Shown piece after piece: positions 8,707 to 19,165 of a stretch of 64,000 bases of DNA (position 1 is the first letter of the stretch; every line of letters begins with the position of its first letter). The stretch spans positions 1,286,646 to 1,350,645 of the forward strand of contig CBDFLG010000001.1 in assembly GCA_965249065.1 (NCBI GenBank), in the 5' to 3' direction. The position numbers and the translations under genes were made by a program. The stretch is from Dehalococcoidia bacterium (GTDB lineage Bacteria > Chloroflexota > Dehalococcoidia > Lucifugimonadales > UBA3495). Under the pieces are notes generated by a model that searched no databases, was not told where the DNA came from, and worked only from the letters and a program-made list of their open reading frames with translations.

Positions 8707-9738
8707 ATGACCACCACCAGAATATCGCACGTGCAGCTTCAGTACAGCCACACCATCGGGCGCGGCGAGCAGTTCGGACCGGGTTTCACCTACCCGGTCC
8801 ACATGGCCCGGGGCGAGGACGACCTGTTGTACGTCCTGTGCCGGTCTCCGGAATACCGGCCCGAGGGCACCCGCATCACGGTCTGCACCGTTGACGAGGA
8901 TTACGTCAACGCCTTTGCCCGCGGTGTCTCTCAGCAGGGCCCCCACGAGTACAACTTCGACGACGGTTCCCTGGTCTGGCCGGTCACCGTGGCCATCGCC
9001 AGCAATGGCAACGTCTACGTGTCCGATGAATGGGTGCATCGGATTTCCATCTTCACCAAGGATGGGGACTACGTCGGCAAATGGGATGAGCGCGTCGGCA
9101 GCGGCGACGGTGAGCTTGACCGGCCCGCCGGCTTGGCCATCGACAAGGACGATAACGTCTACGTCGTCGATAGCATGAACCACCGCGTCCAGAAATTCAC
9201 TCCTGACGGAAAGTTCCTGGCCAAGTTCGGGACCTACGGCGATGGCGACGGCGAGTTCAATATGCCTTGGGGTATCTCCATAGACAAGCAGGGCAACGTA
9301 TACATCGCCGACTGGCGGAACGACCGGATCCAGAAGTTCACCGCCGACGGCCGGTTCCTGATGAAGTTCGGTTCTTCCGGTTCCGGTGAAGGCGAGTTCA
9401 ACCGTCCCACCGATGTTGCCGTTGACAAGGACGGCATCATCTACGTCGCCGACTGGTTGAACGACCGCCTTCAGGTCTTCGACCCCGATGGCAACTTTGC
9501 CACCCTCAAGACCGGCGAGGCGACCGTCTCCAAATGGGGCAAGGACAAGCTGGACGCCAACTCGGAGATGTGGGGAGAACGGGAGCGCGCGCCGGGACTG
9601 GAGCGTGAGAAGGACTTCTGGGCTCCCAGTGGGGTTGAGGTGGACGATTCCAACACGGTGTTCGTCTGCGAAGGGCCTCGCAACCGCATCCAGGTATACC
9701 GCAAGCAGTCTCCCACCTTCATGGGGCCCCGGCTGTAG
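8707..9738 (+). CDS. NHL repeat (six-bladed beta-propeller) protein
   Basis: Repeated YV(V/A)D..N.R(I/V)QKF..DG.F blades, with the motif seen at least four times. Start taken at MTTTRISH (8707). Confidence 0.8.
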   Translation: MTTTRISHVQLQYSHTIGRGEQFGPGFTYPVHMARGEDDLLYVLCRSPEYRPEGTRITVCTVDEDYVNAFARGVSQQGPHEYNFDDGSLVWPVTVAIASNGNVYVSDEWVHRISIFTKDGDYVGKWDERVGSGDGELDRPAGLAIDKDDNVYVVDSMNHRVQKFTPDGKFLAKFGTYGDGDGEFNMPWGISIDKQGNVYIADWRNDRIQKFTADGRFLMKFGSSGSGEGEFNRPTDVAVDKDGIIYVADWLNDRLQVFDPDGNFATLKTGEATVSKWGKDKLDANSEMWGERERAPGLEREKDFWAPSGVEVDDSNTVFVCEGPRNRIQVYRKQSPTFMGPRL

Positions 9739-9926
9739 CCCCAGACGGCGCAAGACCCTTCGGGAAGGCCCCCAACAGACTGGACGAAAGCGCTCGGCTT
9801 CTCCGGCGACGGGCGGGGGCCTTCTCGCGTGTTACAGACGGTTGTAGCTGGCTGGCATAAATCCCTCGAACCTCTGCGGAGCCGGGATGGCGCTGCGCCG
9901 CCCGGAAGAAGGAGCTGGTCTTTGCC

Positions 9927-10679
9927 ATGCCCATCAGTGTAGCCCGTATACCCAATCTGGAATGTGAGGCGTTCTATTTCGACATGGAGCGCCGCGGCAT
10001 TGAGTTGCGAAACATGGAACCCAACGCGGTGGCTGAGGCCCTGGAACAGGGTGAAATAGACGCTGGGCCAGTATCCTTGGTGGATACTTTCCGGCTGACG
10101 CCAAAGGCCACCCTCATTACCGGGTTCTGTGTCGCGTCGGTTGCCAAGGCCACGTCCAGCGTACTCTATTCCAAGGAGCCCATAGAAGTCTTGAGCGGCG
10201 GTCGCATCGCCCTTGGCGACGGCGACGCCACGTCGGTAAGCCTGCTTCAGGTGCTGCTGACGTTGAAGCACAAGGTCCGCCGGGAGGCTTTCGTTGATCA
10301 GCAATCGGACCACGATGCTTTCCTGTTGACGGGCAATCAGGCCCTGCGCGGCCGTCGGCGGGCGCGCGGCTTCCCGCACCGGTACGACTTGGGGGAGGAA
10401 TGGCAGGCGTGGACCGGGCTGCCCTTCGTCTTCTCACGGTGGATGGCCAGCGCGGAAATGGAGCGCCGGGACTTTGTGGCGCTGGAAGATGCCCTCTTCG
10501 TTGGGCAGGATGACTGGCTTAACAACCTCTACAAGGCGACTGGACCCCGCAACGACCTGCTTATGCTTCCAAGGGAAGTGCTGGAGTACGTTCAGGGACT
10601 CAGGTTCTTCATTGGAGTGCCGGAAGAACGGGCCATCGCGCTGTTCCAGGAGAAGATGGCGTTGTTGAAAATGTCTTAG
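9927..10679 (+). CDS. MqnA/MqnD-family (periplasmic-binding-fold) protein, possible chorismate dehydratase
   Basis: N-terminal ARIPNLECEAFYFDM and overall length fit the futalosine-pathway MqnA/MqnD fold. Assignment by eye only. Confidence 0.5.
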   Translation: MPISVARIPNLECEAFYFDMERRGIELRNMEPNAVAEALEQGEIDAGPVSLVDTFRLTPKATLITGFCVASVAKATSSVLYSKEPIEVLSGGRIALGDGDATSVSLLQVLLTLKHKVRREAFVDQQSDHDAFLLTGNQALRGRRRARGFPHRYDLGEEWQAWTGLPFVFSRWMASAEMERRDFVALEDALFVGQDDWLNNLYKATGPRNDLLMLPREVLEYVQGLRFFIGVPEERAIALFQEKMALLKMS

Positions 10680-10756
10680 TCTAGTACTGCAGCCGCACAT
10701 CTCGTGCCAAGAGCCGTAACCGGCGTTAGTAGTGGCAACGCTGGGCTCTGGCCTAG

Positions 10757-10948
10757 TGCGCCGTCTCCACCGGGACCAGGACAGCACCGAGTCAGGCGGA
10801 TGGCCGGGAGCTGTACCGCAAACGCAACATGGTGGAGCGGACAATCAACCGGGTAAAGCAATTCCGTCGAATAGCGACCAGATACGAAAAGGAAGCCGGG
10901 AACTATCTGGCAATGCTGCAAATCGCGTCAATTCTCCTCTGCATATAG
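10757..10948 (+). mobile_element. IS5-family transposase C-terminal remnant
   Basis: A frame not in the track reads ...GRELYRKRNMVERTINRVKQFRRIATRYEKEAGNYLAMLQIASILLCI*. This is the canonical IS5/IS427-group C-terminus. TTTGCAAACACCCC follows the stop and looks like an IR. Confidence 0.75.
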
Positions 10949-11134
10949 TTTGCAAACACCCCTTGGCATCGCCCCTGGATCACCTTTCGGAGACAGGTCA
11001 GCAGCACAGCCAATGGACATACCACCTTGGCGCTGGGTTAGTATGTTGGGCGTAAAGAACTGATCGCGAGCGGTGTGGCGCAGGCGGGCGTTAAGCATTC
11101 CAAGAAAGTGTGGCCGTATCAGGCAGGGGGGAAA

Positions 11135-12469
11135 ATGACAACAGAGACAGAAACTCTCGTTGAGGAGAGGATAGTCGGCGTCTTGCGAAGACTGGGGATC
11201 GAGCGGGCCCACTTTGCCTCCCGAGGTCTGAACGACTGGCATGGGATGGCCGCCAGATTTCCGGACACCGTTGCTTCTTTAACCTTGGTCTGCCCATTGG
11301 GGTTTGATTCCTTGTCGTTGACCCCTCTGGCTGGCAGACTCCTGGTGTTCAACGGCGACCGTGGAGGTGCTGCGGAGACCATCGCCCGCAACATGGCGAG
11401 CCTGCCGTCGGCATCGATGGTTACCCTGGACGACTGCCCGTACCCGGACAATTACAACGACCTGGCGCTCCAACGAGGCGGCGACATCGGGGTGTCGATG
11501 CTGGACTTCCTAGCCAGGATAGACGTCCGCAATAGTCCGGGCAAGGTACCTCCTTCCGCCGAGGAGGGCGAGGTTGACGGGATCTATTTCAAAGTCCGGG
11601 GCTCGGGAGCGCCGTTGGTGTTGCTGCCGTTGGGTGCGGCGCCGTCCCAATGGGACCCGCTCGTTGCGACACTTAGCGAGCGATATTGTGTCGTTTCCAT
11701 GACCGGACCCGCGTTGGGAATGGTGGCAAGCCTGGAGGCAAGGGGCCGTACGCCCGGATATCTGTCCGCCGTGCGAAGCCTCATTGCCGAGGCGGATATC
11801 CAGCCGGGCGAAAGGGTCTTGGAAGTCGGCTGCGGCACCGGGGTGCTGTGCCGGTGGCTGGCCCGGGAGACGGGCCTCAAAAACCCCGTCGTGGGCATGG
11901 ACGTTAACGCCTTCTTCCTGCGGGAGGCCACGGAGATTGCCAAGCGCGAAGATCTCGAGAACGTGGTGAGCTTTCGGGAAGGCAGCGCCGAAGCATTGCC
12001 TTTCGACGACGACAGTTTTGACGTCGCCTTCTCCAGCACGGTAATCCAGCGGGTGAACGCGGACCTGATGCTGCCGGAGATGGTGAGGGTCACCAAGCCT
12101 GGGGGCAGGGTGGCTGTGTTGGGTCACGCCCACGACATGAACCGCTGGGTGAACCTGCCATTGAGTCCCGCCCTGAAGGCCACAATCGAGTCGCCCCCGT
12201 GGGTTGAGGACCGGGGACATCCCTTGGGGTGCGACGACGCTTCCCTGTACCGGCGATTTTCACGGTTGGGGTTGACGAATACGAAAATGTTTCCCTTCAT
12301 CAGCACCTTCTCCGATAGGGTACGGCTGCAGTTCCTTCAAGGGGGCATTTTGCCCACACTCACAGCCGGGGAAGCCGCGGAGTGGCGGGCGGCAGTAGAG
12401 CAGGCGGAAGCCGACGGCACCTTTTTCATATCGACGCCTTTCCACTGCGCGGTGGGGACCAAGATCTAG
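11135..12469 (+). CDS. fusion protein: alpha/beta-hydrolase-like N-terminal region plus class I SAM-dependent methyltransferase
   Basis: VLEVGCGTGVLCRWLA (motif I), FDVAFSSTVIQRV and KPGGRVAV. The N-terminal ...GSGAPLVLLPLGAAPSQWDPL... is hydrolase-like. GGGGGGAAA lies before ATG 11135. Confidence 0.7.
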   Translation: MTTETETLVEERIVGVLRRLGIERAHFASRGLNDWHGMAARFPDTVASLTLVCPLGFDSLSLTPLAGRLLVFNGDRGGAAETIARNMASLPSASMVTLDDCPYPDNYNDLALQRGGDIGVSMLDFLARIDVRNSPGKVPPSAEEGEVDGIYFKVRGSGAPLVLLPLGAAPSQWDPLVATLSERYCVVSMTGPALGMVASLEARGRTPGYLSAVRSLIAEADIQPGERVLEVGCGTGVLCRWLARETGLKNPVVGMDVNAFFLREATEIAKREDLENVVSFREGSAEALPFDDDSFDVAFSSTVIQRVNADLMLPEMVRVTKPGGRVAVLGHAHDMNRWVNLPLSPALKATIESPPWVEDRGHPLGCDDASLYRRFSRLGLTNTKMFPFISTFSDRVRLQFLQGGILPTLTAGEAAEWRAAVEQAEADGTFFISTPFHCAVGTKI

Positions 12470-12606
12470 AAGGGGTTGGTTCTCGCCCGAGCCATCTGCT
12501 TGGGAGAGAAGCATTTTACTCGTGCGTCATCTGCGGTAAACGTCCAATTCTCCAACGGCGAGCGTTCCGGTGTTAAGTTGAGACTATTATCCAGGGATGG
12601 GTAATC

Positions 12607-12840
12607 ATGTCTCATTCCTATCCCAGCGGCATTAGCCGGGAGCAATTTGCCCTGATTCTGCCGACTCTGGAGTCGGGGCGCCGCCGGACCAAGCCCCGTA
12701 CCGTGGATTTGTGCGATGTTTTCTGCGGGGCGCTGTATGTTTTGAAGAGTGGGTGTCAATGGCGTATGCTGCCCACGGACTTCCCCGATTGGCGCACTTG
12801 CTACAAATATTTCCGGCAATGGAGCGCGCAGCCTGACCCG
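12607..12840 (+). mobile_element. IS5-family transposase N-terminal (DUF4096-type) fragment
   Basis: MSHSYPSGISREQFALILPTLESGRRRTKPRTVDLCDVFCGALYVLKSGCQWRMLPTDFPDWRTCYKYFRQWS. Homology stops where the AT-rich block starts (about 12850). Confidence 0.75.
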
Positions 12841-13059
12841 GCGGAAGGTGGTGGTTCTCGCCTTTGTTGTCCTAATCCTAAAAAAATTGTAAACAGGCTC
12901 TTACTCACTGAAGTCTTTGACTTCAAGCATTTTGATCATTTATATGGAGAAAGCTATGATGCGCGAATACGAGGAATTCACCGATTTGGTTCCGTGGAAG
13001 CAATCACTTATGCTACCATAAATGTTGGCGGCTGATCAATTAACAGAAAGGTGTCTATT

Positions 13060-14199
13060 ATGCCTCTAAAATACCGTCTACCAGTAGGTTTAACTTTGGT
13101 TGTAGCCGTGGCTGCAATCGGGATCATCATAGCATGGTGGCTGATTTGGAATGACCCATCTGTAGATGCTCAGGAAGTCCTTGAGGACGCCTGTGATTTC
13201 AGTGAAGCCATTTACGATTTTGACATAATACTTCAAGATTTCAATCCAGAGGCTGATTATCCACGAGTATTTGATACGAGAATCAGCAATGATAATATAC
13301 ACATGATAGTATCTTCCGAATATAGCGATAGGAAGAGCGAGTATATAGATTTAAAATCTGTCTATCATGACGAAAGTATCGCCTCAGGAGCCTCTGGAAG
13401 TAAGGAAGATAGTAAATTCCGAATTTCGGAATTTAGCCGTCATGCTGACGACTCAGGTCAATGGGGAGAATGGGAAGTAACTATTTCAGTAACGCGGTCT
13501 TATTCTAGTGCTCAGGAAGAAAGTACTGCACAGGCCGACTCTTCGCAAGCTTCGTCTACTTTTTGTCGATGGGCAATCGAAGAGTTCGACAGTTTCGAAT
13601 TCGCTGGAGAAGGTACAGTCGAAGGAACCAAAACTAGCCATTATATTGGAACCTACTATCCAAACGGCCCTGACGATGAAAAGGTCAAAACATTCGAGCT
13701 TTGGGTTGATGAAGCTGGCCGATTGCTGCAGGAAAAATGGGACACCTTTACGCCAGGATGGGGACACTCAATTACGATTTTTACTATGTCCAACTTTGGC
13801 GAGCCGAACATCATCGTTGCTCCGGTGACCGGCACGCTGCACGAGGCGCTCATTGACGTGGGCGCGTCATCCGGCGGCGCGGTGGGCTTCACCAGCGCGG
13901 CGGGGGAGCTGGTGTCGGCCGGGTTCACGGTGGAAGGTACGGGCGCGACGGAGATCAAGGAGCTGATATGGCAGGACGGCACGGTTTCGCTGACGTTGAG
14001 TCCGCAGAATACGCTTACCGGCTATGTGCTGGACTTCTTCGCGGTGGACGGCACGGTGTCGCTGAGTCTGGACGCGGCGACGGCGACGGCCGACAGCGGC
14101 AAACTGACTTGGTCAGTGGCCTCCCAGCCATGGCAGGACGGCGACCACCTGATGCTGCGCATCCGCGAGACCGGCTCCACGCCGATTCTCCCGCCCTAG
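13060..14199 (+). CDS. membrane-anchored hypothetical protein, compositionally chimeric
   Basis: N-terminal TM helix LPVGLTLVVAVAAIGIIIAWWLIW. The first ~750 nt are AT-rich (one 60-nt line counted at 32% GC). The ORF switches to GC-rich sequence at about 13810. Confidence 0.55.
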   Translation: MPLKYRLPVGLTLVVAVAAIGIIIAWWLIWNDPSVDAQEVLEDACDFSEAIYDFDIILQDFNPEADYPRVFDTRISNDNIHMIVSSEYSDRKSEYIDLKSVYHDESIASGASGSKEDSKFRISEFSRHADDSGQWGEWEVTISVTRSYSSAQEESTAQADSSQASSTFCRWAIEEFDSFEFAGEGTVEGTKTSHYIGTYYPNGPDDEKVKTFELWVDEAGRLLQEKWDTFTPGWGHSITIFTMSNFGEPNIIVAPVTGTLHEALIDVGASSGGAVGFTSAAGELVSAGFTVEGTGATEIKELIWQDGTVSLTLSPQNTLTGYVLDFFAVDGTVSLSLDAATATADSGKLTWSVASQPWQDGDHLMLRIRETGSTPILPP

Positions 14200-14713
14200 C
14201 GAACCCAGCAATCCCTTCAGGCAGGCCAGCGCCCTCTGGCGGGATTCACTACGGCTGAAACGATGGGCGATCCGCCGGTGCAATGCCTCAAGTCCGGCTG
14301 GACTCGGTAAAGGTTGTGCAGGTACTGTTCGACGACCTCCATGGTCACGTCAGGCCGCCGGGCACATAGCTCGGGTCCCCAGTTGGTCGTCGGCGAAGGC
14401 TCCCCACGGGCCGTTGACCTGGACCGGCCCGCTAGACTCTCCGTCATTCGCGTTGCGCTGGTCCATCGTGATGCAACGGAAGTCGTTCTTGAACTCCTCC
14501 ATCGCGTTGAAAACTTGTGTCGGCCAAGACGAAAGCGATCATAGGTTAAGTGGTTCGAACAGGATGGCCGTTGGAAAGCAGCGCCCGGCTTGCCTGCGCC
14601 TACGCCGGGCTCAAATGCGAGGTAATGGGGATGGCGGAGGCGCCCATAAGCGAGGTTCGAAAAGCCGCCGCAAGCGTGGATGTTCGACCGCTAGCCTGGT
14701 GAACCGGATGCGC

Positions 14714-15403
14714 CTAATTTTTCTTCACCCAAAACGCACAATAGCGCATCGGCTTGGGGTCGCTGAAATAAAGCATTCCCCCCAAGTTCTCGCTCCGCGC
14801 CGCCTCCACGAGGGAGCAGCCACAGTCCTCCAATATCTTCAACAACCGGTTCTCGTCGTACAGTTGAAACGATCTGTCCACGCTGTCTGCCCCATAGGCC
14901 CGGTCACTGACTGTCACCACTCCGGACCCGATCTTGAACATCAGTTGCAAAACTCCGCTGGGAGCTAGGACCCTGATCAACTCCGGTATGGTAGCGGTTT
15001 TGGTCGTCTCAGGAGGCAAATGCTGTATCACGGCATTACACAAAACGAAATCAAACGAAGCGTTCTCAAACGGCAGAGGCTCCCGCAGGTCGGCGACCCG
15101 AAGGTAATCCGCGATTTCCGGGTGCAGTTCTTTCCCTAGGTTGATGTTCTCTTCCACCGCATCAATCCCGTAAACGTCATACCCCCAGGTGTGCAACAAA
15201 TGAACGTCCCGAGCGCCGGCCCCACACCCTGCGTCCAGCCCGCGGTTGCCGGGTACCAACTCGACAACTCGATTCAGAAGGTCCATATCGCTGTTCAGAG
15301 CAGAGTGAGAGGAACCGGTGTACATCGAATGGGTAAACTCGTGGGATAGCTCCGAGTACCTTTGAGCGTGCTCTTTATAGAAATCCAGCGAATCGAACTG
15401 CAT
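14714..15403 (-). CDS. class I SAM-dependent methyltransferase
   Basis: GLDAGCGAGARDVHLL (motif I), FDFVLCNAVIQHL and APSGVLQL. Confidence 0.8.
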   Translation of the reverse strand: MQFDSLDFYKEHAQRYSELSHEFTHSMYTGSSHSALNSDMDLLNRVVELVPGNRGLDAGCGAGARDVHLLHTWGYDVYGIDAVEENINLGKELHPEIADYLRVADLREPLPFENASFDFVLCNAVIQHLPPETTKTATIPELIRVLAPSGVLQLMFKIGSGVVTVSDRAYGADSVDRSFQLYDENRLLKILEDCGCSLVEAARSENLGGMLYFSDPKPMRYCAFWVKKN

Positions 15404-15804
15404 TGGGTCTCCATTGCGCGGACCGGATTCCGGTCAGCGGAAACAAGGAGTACAATCTGGAGTGCCTAGTTTACTTGTTATGCAACAATTTTTGCACTTC
15501 GCGCTCGATGTGTAAGCGGCGGAGGTAAGTTGGATCATGTGGGGTTTGTCGCCGGTCTCGGTGTTTCGGCAGGGTTCACGCTCGCCGCGTACCCAGTATG
15601 CCGCGCATTCTAACGCATAGAGCGTTGGTCGTGTCCCTCCGGCACTTAGGGCACGTGATACCACCGGGCCGGGGCGAGGCTTGGAGGACGTTCCCTGACG
15701 TCGATAACTGCCGGGTTGCCACATCCTGTGGGCCGTATACAATTGGCGGCGATACAGAACGGTTTTTGTTTCAACCTGCACATCGGATTTGGAAGGAGCG
15801 GTGT

Positions 15805-16275
15805 ATGCCGGAGATAGAGGACAAGCTGAAGGAATTGGGCTACGAGCTGCCGGCACCCCGGCCGCCGGGAGCCGGCAACATTATCCCCGCGGTGCGGACC
15901 GGGAACCTGGTCTACCTTTCCGGCACCGGCCCGGGGCTGCCTGAAGGCGGGTTGCTGCACGTAGGCAAGCTGGGATCGGAAGTGACCGTGGAACAGGGCT
16001 ACGACTGCGCCCGGCAGACCATGCTGAACCTGCTCACCAATCTGAAGGGAGAGATAGGCGATCTGGACAAGGTGAGGAGGATCGTCAAACTGCTGTGCAT
16101 GGTCAACTCCGCGCCGGACTTCGGTGACACGCCCAGGGTTGCAAACGGCGCATCAGACCTGCTGATCAACCTCTACGGAGACCGAGGTCGCCACGCCAGG
16201 TCCGCGGTTGGCATGGCCACTCTGCCCGGCGGTATGCCGATAGAGATCGAGATGATCGTGGAGGTCGAGGACTAG
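15805..16275 (+). CDS. RidA/YjgF/L-PSP family protein
   Basis: GGAAGGAG lies before ATG 15805. Motifs are ...GNLVYLSGTGP..., ...ARSAVGMATLPGGMPIEIEMIVEV. Confidence 0.8.
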   Translation: MPEIEDKLKELGYELPAPRPPGAGNIIPAVRTGNLVYLSGTGPGLPEGGLLHVGKLGSEVTVEQGYDCARQTMLNLLTNLKGEIGDLDKVRRIVKLLCMVNSAPDFGDTPRVANGASDLLINLYGDRGRHARSAVGMATLPGGMPIEIEMIVEVED

Positions 16276-16411
16276 AGACCCGGCGCTTTTGGACCGCGCC
16301 GGGCCTGTGCCGGAACCGAGGCTTGGCGCGCCCTCGAGCCGCCTGAGCGAAGACGGGTATGTATAATGCCCAACGACACTCAAGGCAAGGCAGAACGTAA
16401 GCCCGCTAGAG

Positions 16412-17383
16412 GTGGACGCAATGGCACTTGTGAACAACTTTGGAGTCCTGCTACCCACAAGGGGCGTGCTGGTATACGCCGGGAGCGGCGGCCCAAGGGT
16501 GGAACAGACTTGGCAGATGGCCGAGACCGCCGAGCGGGCCGGATATGACTCCGTCTGGATAGGTGACAGCATCACCTCCAAGCCCCGTATGGAACCCCTG
16601 ACGGCCATGGCCGCCATCGCCGCCCGCACCAACCGGGTCAAGGTCGGCACCGCCGTCCTGCTCAACGCCCTGCGCCATCCCGTCCACCTGGCCCACGCGG
16701 CGGCGACCATCGACAACATCTCCGGCGGGCGCACCATCCTGGGCCTCGGAGCGGGCCGTGGCAACAACCAGATGTTTGTCGATGAACACGCCGCCGTCGG
16801 CGTTCCAATAACGGAACGTGCTTCCCGAATGGAGGAAAGCATCCGTGCCATGCGCGCGCTGTGGACCGGAGAGCCGGTCAGCAGTTCCGGTGAGTTCTAT
16901 CCACTCCAGGACGTTACGCTGGAACCTAGGCCCGTCCAGTCGAGCATTCCGCTCTGGATTTCCAGCAACTGGGTGCGCCGCGGCCTGGCCAGGGTCGCCG
17001 AGCTCGGCGACGCCTGGATAACCAACGTTCCATCGGTGGACCTGTTCGACCGCTGCTGGGAAAGGATCGAACAGTGCGCCGGGGAAAACGGGCGAGACCC
17101 GGCTGAAATAGGCCGCTGCCTATATATCTCCGTAAATCTGAACGACGATACCGACGCCGCCCTGGCCGAGGGCGACCAGTTCATGCGGGCGTACTACAGC
17201 GTCCCCTACGACGTCATCAGCAAGCAGTTGCTGTGCGTGTTCGGCCCGCCCCAGAAGTGCATCGAAGCAATAGAGGCGTACAAAGAACACGGGGCCGATT
17301 ACTTCATCGTCAGGTTCGCCTCCCCGAACCAGATGGGTCAGATGGCGCGGTTCACTGAGGAAGTGCTCCCCTTCGTCGCCTGA
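16412..17383 (+). CDS. LLM-class (luciferase-like) flavin/F420-dependent oxidoreductase
   Basis: AERAGYDSVWIGDS, LEPLTAMAAIAARTNRVKVGTAVL and GGRTILGLGAG. Confidence 0.8.
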   Translation: MDAMALVNNFGVLLPTRGVLVYAGSGGPRVEQTWQMAETAERAGYDSVWIGDSITSKPRMEPLTAMAAIAARTNRVKVGTAVLLNALRHPVHLAHAAATIDNISGGRTILGLGAGRGNNQMFVDEHAAVGVPITERASRMEESIRAMRALWTGEPVSSSGEFYPLQDVTLEPRPVQSSIPLWISSNWVRRGLARVAELGDAWITNVPSVDLFDRCWERIEQCAGENGRDPAEIGRCLYISVNLNDDTDAALAEGDQFMRAYYSVPYDVISKQLLCVFGPPQKCIEAIEAYKEHGADYFIVRFASPNQMGQMARFTEEVLPFVA

Positions 17384-17427
17384 CGGGCCGCCTCTACGGG
17401 GTAACGCCGCCGGGTACAGTGAAGTCG

Positions 17428-18663
17428 TCAGCTGCTGCGGTCGGCGAACTCGGCCTTCGCGGCCTCCACCAGCGTGATGTCGCGCAGCAGGTCGCTTGCC
17501 GTCAGGCTCAGGGTCTTGGCCACCAGCAAGGCGTTGGAGAGGGCCAGATCAGTAACCGCCGTCTCACACATCTCCCTGGTATGAGAGGCCACCGGTGTCT
17601 CGCTGACGGCATACCTAAGTTCGTAGGCCGGCATTACCTGGCTAACGTTGCCGAAATCGGTTGACGCCCCGCTGCCCGGACGGCCCGCCACTGGCTCATC
17701 CAGCTTGATTCCCAGTGCTTGGGCGTTGGCTCCCACCGCTTGGGCCAGGGCCACATTTGGCTGGACGTTCTCGTAGAAGGGATAGAATTCCTGGACCTCG
17801 AGGCGCGCGCCGGTCATGGATGCCGCTCCTTCCGCCACCTGTCTCACCTTGTCCACCACCTCGTCGCTCAGGTATTTCCCGTCCCTGGAACGCAGCATGA
17901 AGTTGGCCGCGGCGAACTCCGGCACGACATTTGGCGCCGTGCCACCGTCGGTGATCACACCGTGAATGCGAACGTCGTCCCTAAGGTGCTGGCGCAGGGC
18001 ATCGATGCCGGTGAACAGGTGAATAACCGCGTTCAACGCGTTGATGCCGGCCTCGGGGGCTGCGGCGGCGTGAGCGGCCTTGCCGTGGTACATATACCGG
18101 TAGCCGACCATGGCCAGGCTCCAGCTCTCTCCCTTCGGCGCTGCGGCCGGAATTATGGTGCGGTTGGAAAATGGATGGGACGAAATGGTGGCGTCGATAC
18201 CGTCAAATACGCCCGCCTCCAGCAGTCGTATCTTGCCGCCGCCTCCCTCTTCTGCCGGCGTTCCGATGACCACCACGCGCCCGGCGAGTTGCTGGGCGTT
18301 AGCTTGCAGTCCCAGGGCGGCCCCCATCGCGGCCATGGCGATGAGATTGTGGCCGCAACCGTGGCCGATCTCGGGCAGCGCGTCGTATTCCGCCAGGACG
18401 GCGATAGTCGGGCCTTCGCCGCCGCCACCCGGGATGATGGCCCGAAAGGCCGTTTCCACACCGCCGATACCCCGTTCCACCTTTAGATCATGCTTTTCCA
18501 GGAACCCGGCGAGGGCGCTGGAGGAGTAATGTTCCTCGTAGTTCAACTCAGGATGGGAATGGACATCTTTCGAGAGGTCGAACAGTGCTTGCCTTGAAGC
18601 CTCGATGGCTGAGTTGGAGCGGCCAGCCAACTCGTCTTTTGTTCCGGCGTATTGGTTGGTCAT
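17428..18663 (-). CDS. M20-family amidohydrolase/peptidase
   Basis: HSHPELNYEEH, AEYDALPEIGHGCGHNLIA and GTPAEEGGGGK. AAAGGAGAGGG lies before ATG 18663. Confidence 0.85.
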   Translation of the reverse strand: MTNQYAGTKDELAGRSNSAIEASRQALFDLSKDVHSHPELNYEEHYSSSALAGFLEKHDLKVERGIGGVETAFRAIIPGGGGEGPTIAVLAEYDALPEIGHGCGHNLIAMAAMGAALGLQANAQQLAGRVVVIGTPAEEGGGGKIRLLEAGVFDGIDATISSHPFSNRTIIPAAAPKGESWSLAMVGYRYMYHGKAAHAAAAPEAGINALNAVIHLFTGIDALRQHLRDDVRIHGVITDGGTAPNVVPEFAAANFMLRSRDGKYLSDEVVDKVRQVAEGAASMTGARLEVQEFYPFYENVQPNVALAQAVGANAQALGIKLDEPVAGRPGSGASTDFGNVSQVMPAYELRYAVSETPVASHTREMCETAVTDLALSNALLVAKTLSLTASDLLRDITLVEAAKAEFADRSS

Positions 18664-19165
18664 GATATGCCCTCTCCTTTGCCTGTGATTCGGGAAAGAT
18701 CCCATAGTCCCCAAGACTGACGGTCGGTATAGTCACGTGCGTGGGACTGGGCAGCGCATTGGCGCTACGAACATCCTGAGTATTCTACAAGCATTCCGCC
18801 GCCCGCCGCCATGATGGTGGCCTGTGTTTACGAGCAGCGATTCTGTCCCTTTAGTTAAAAGGCAAATGCGTCATCCTGGGAGCCTGTGCGAGGAATTTGC
18901 AATCGTCCGGGCTGATGAGGACCAACTTGCGACTACTGCTTTTGCCGGTCACGAAAGACTGCGGGAAAGGGTACTTCCGGTACTCCGGCGCTTAGCAGTC
19001 CCCGGAGAACTTCCCGGAGCGATCGGGCGGCTGGCCCCGCCACTGCCTACCGCTCACGGTATCACCCTCCTGTCCCGAGGCAAGGAGCTATTGAAAACCT
19101 GGGACGATCCGGTATCCTGTCAGTCGTCCGCCGCTTGATTTTATACTGGATTGGAGGGGTTCAAT

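Noticed and set aside
14350-14502. Short minus-strand frame MEEFKNDFRCITMDQRNANDGESSGPVQVNGPWGAFADDQLG..., resembling the N-terminal third of an alpha/beta hydrolase
   Set aside because: It is only about 50 codons, the match is from memory, and no catalytic motif is included. It is possibly a pseudogene fragment but is not supportable as a feature.
15434-15856. 140-codon minus-strand ORF in the methyltransferase/RidA intergenic region
   Set aside because: It overlaps the RidA start and its SD. It shows low-complexity Pro/Ser/Arg composition, no RBS and no recognisable motif.
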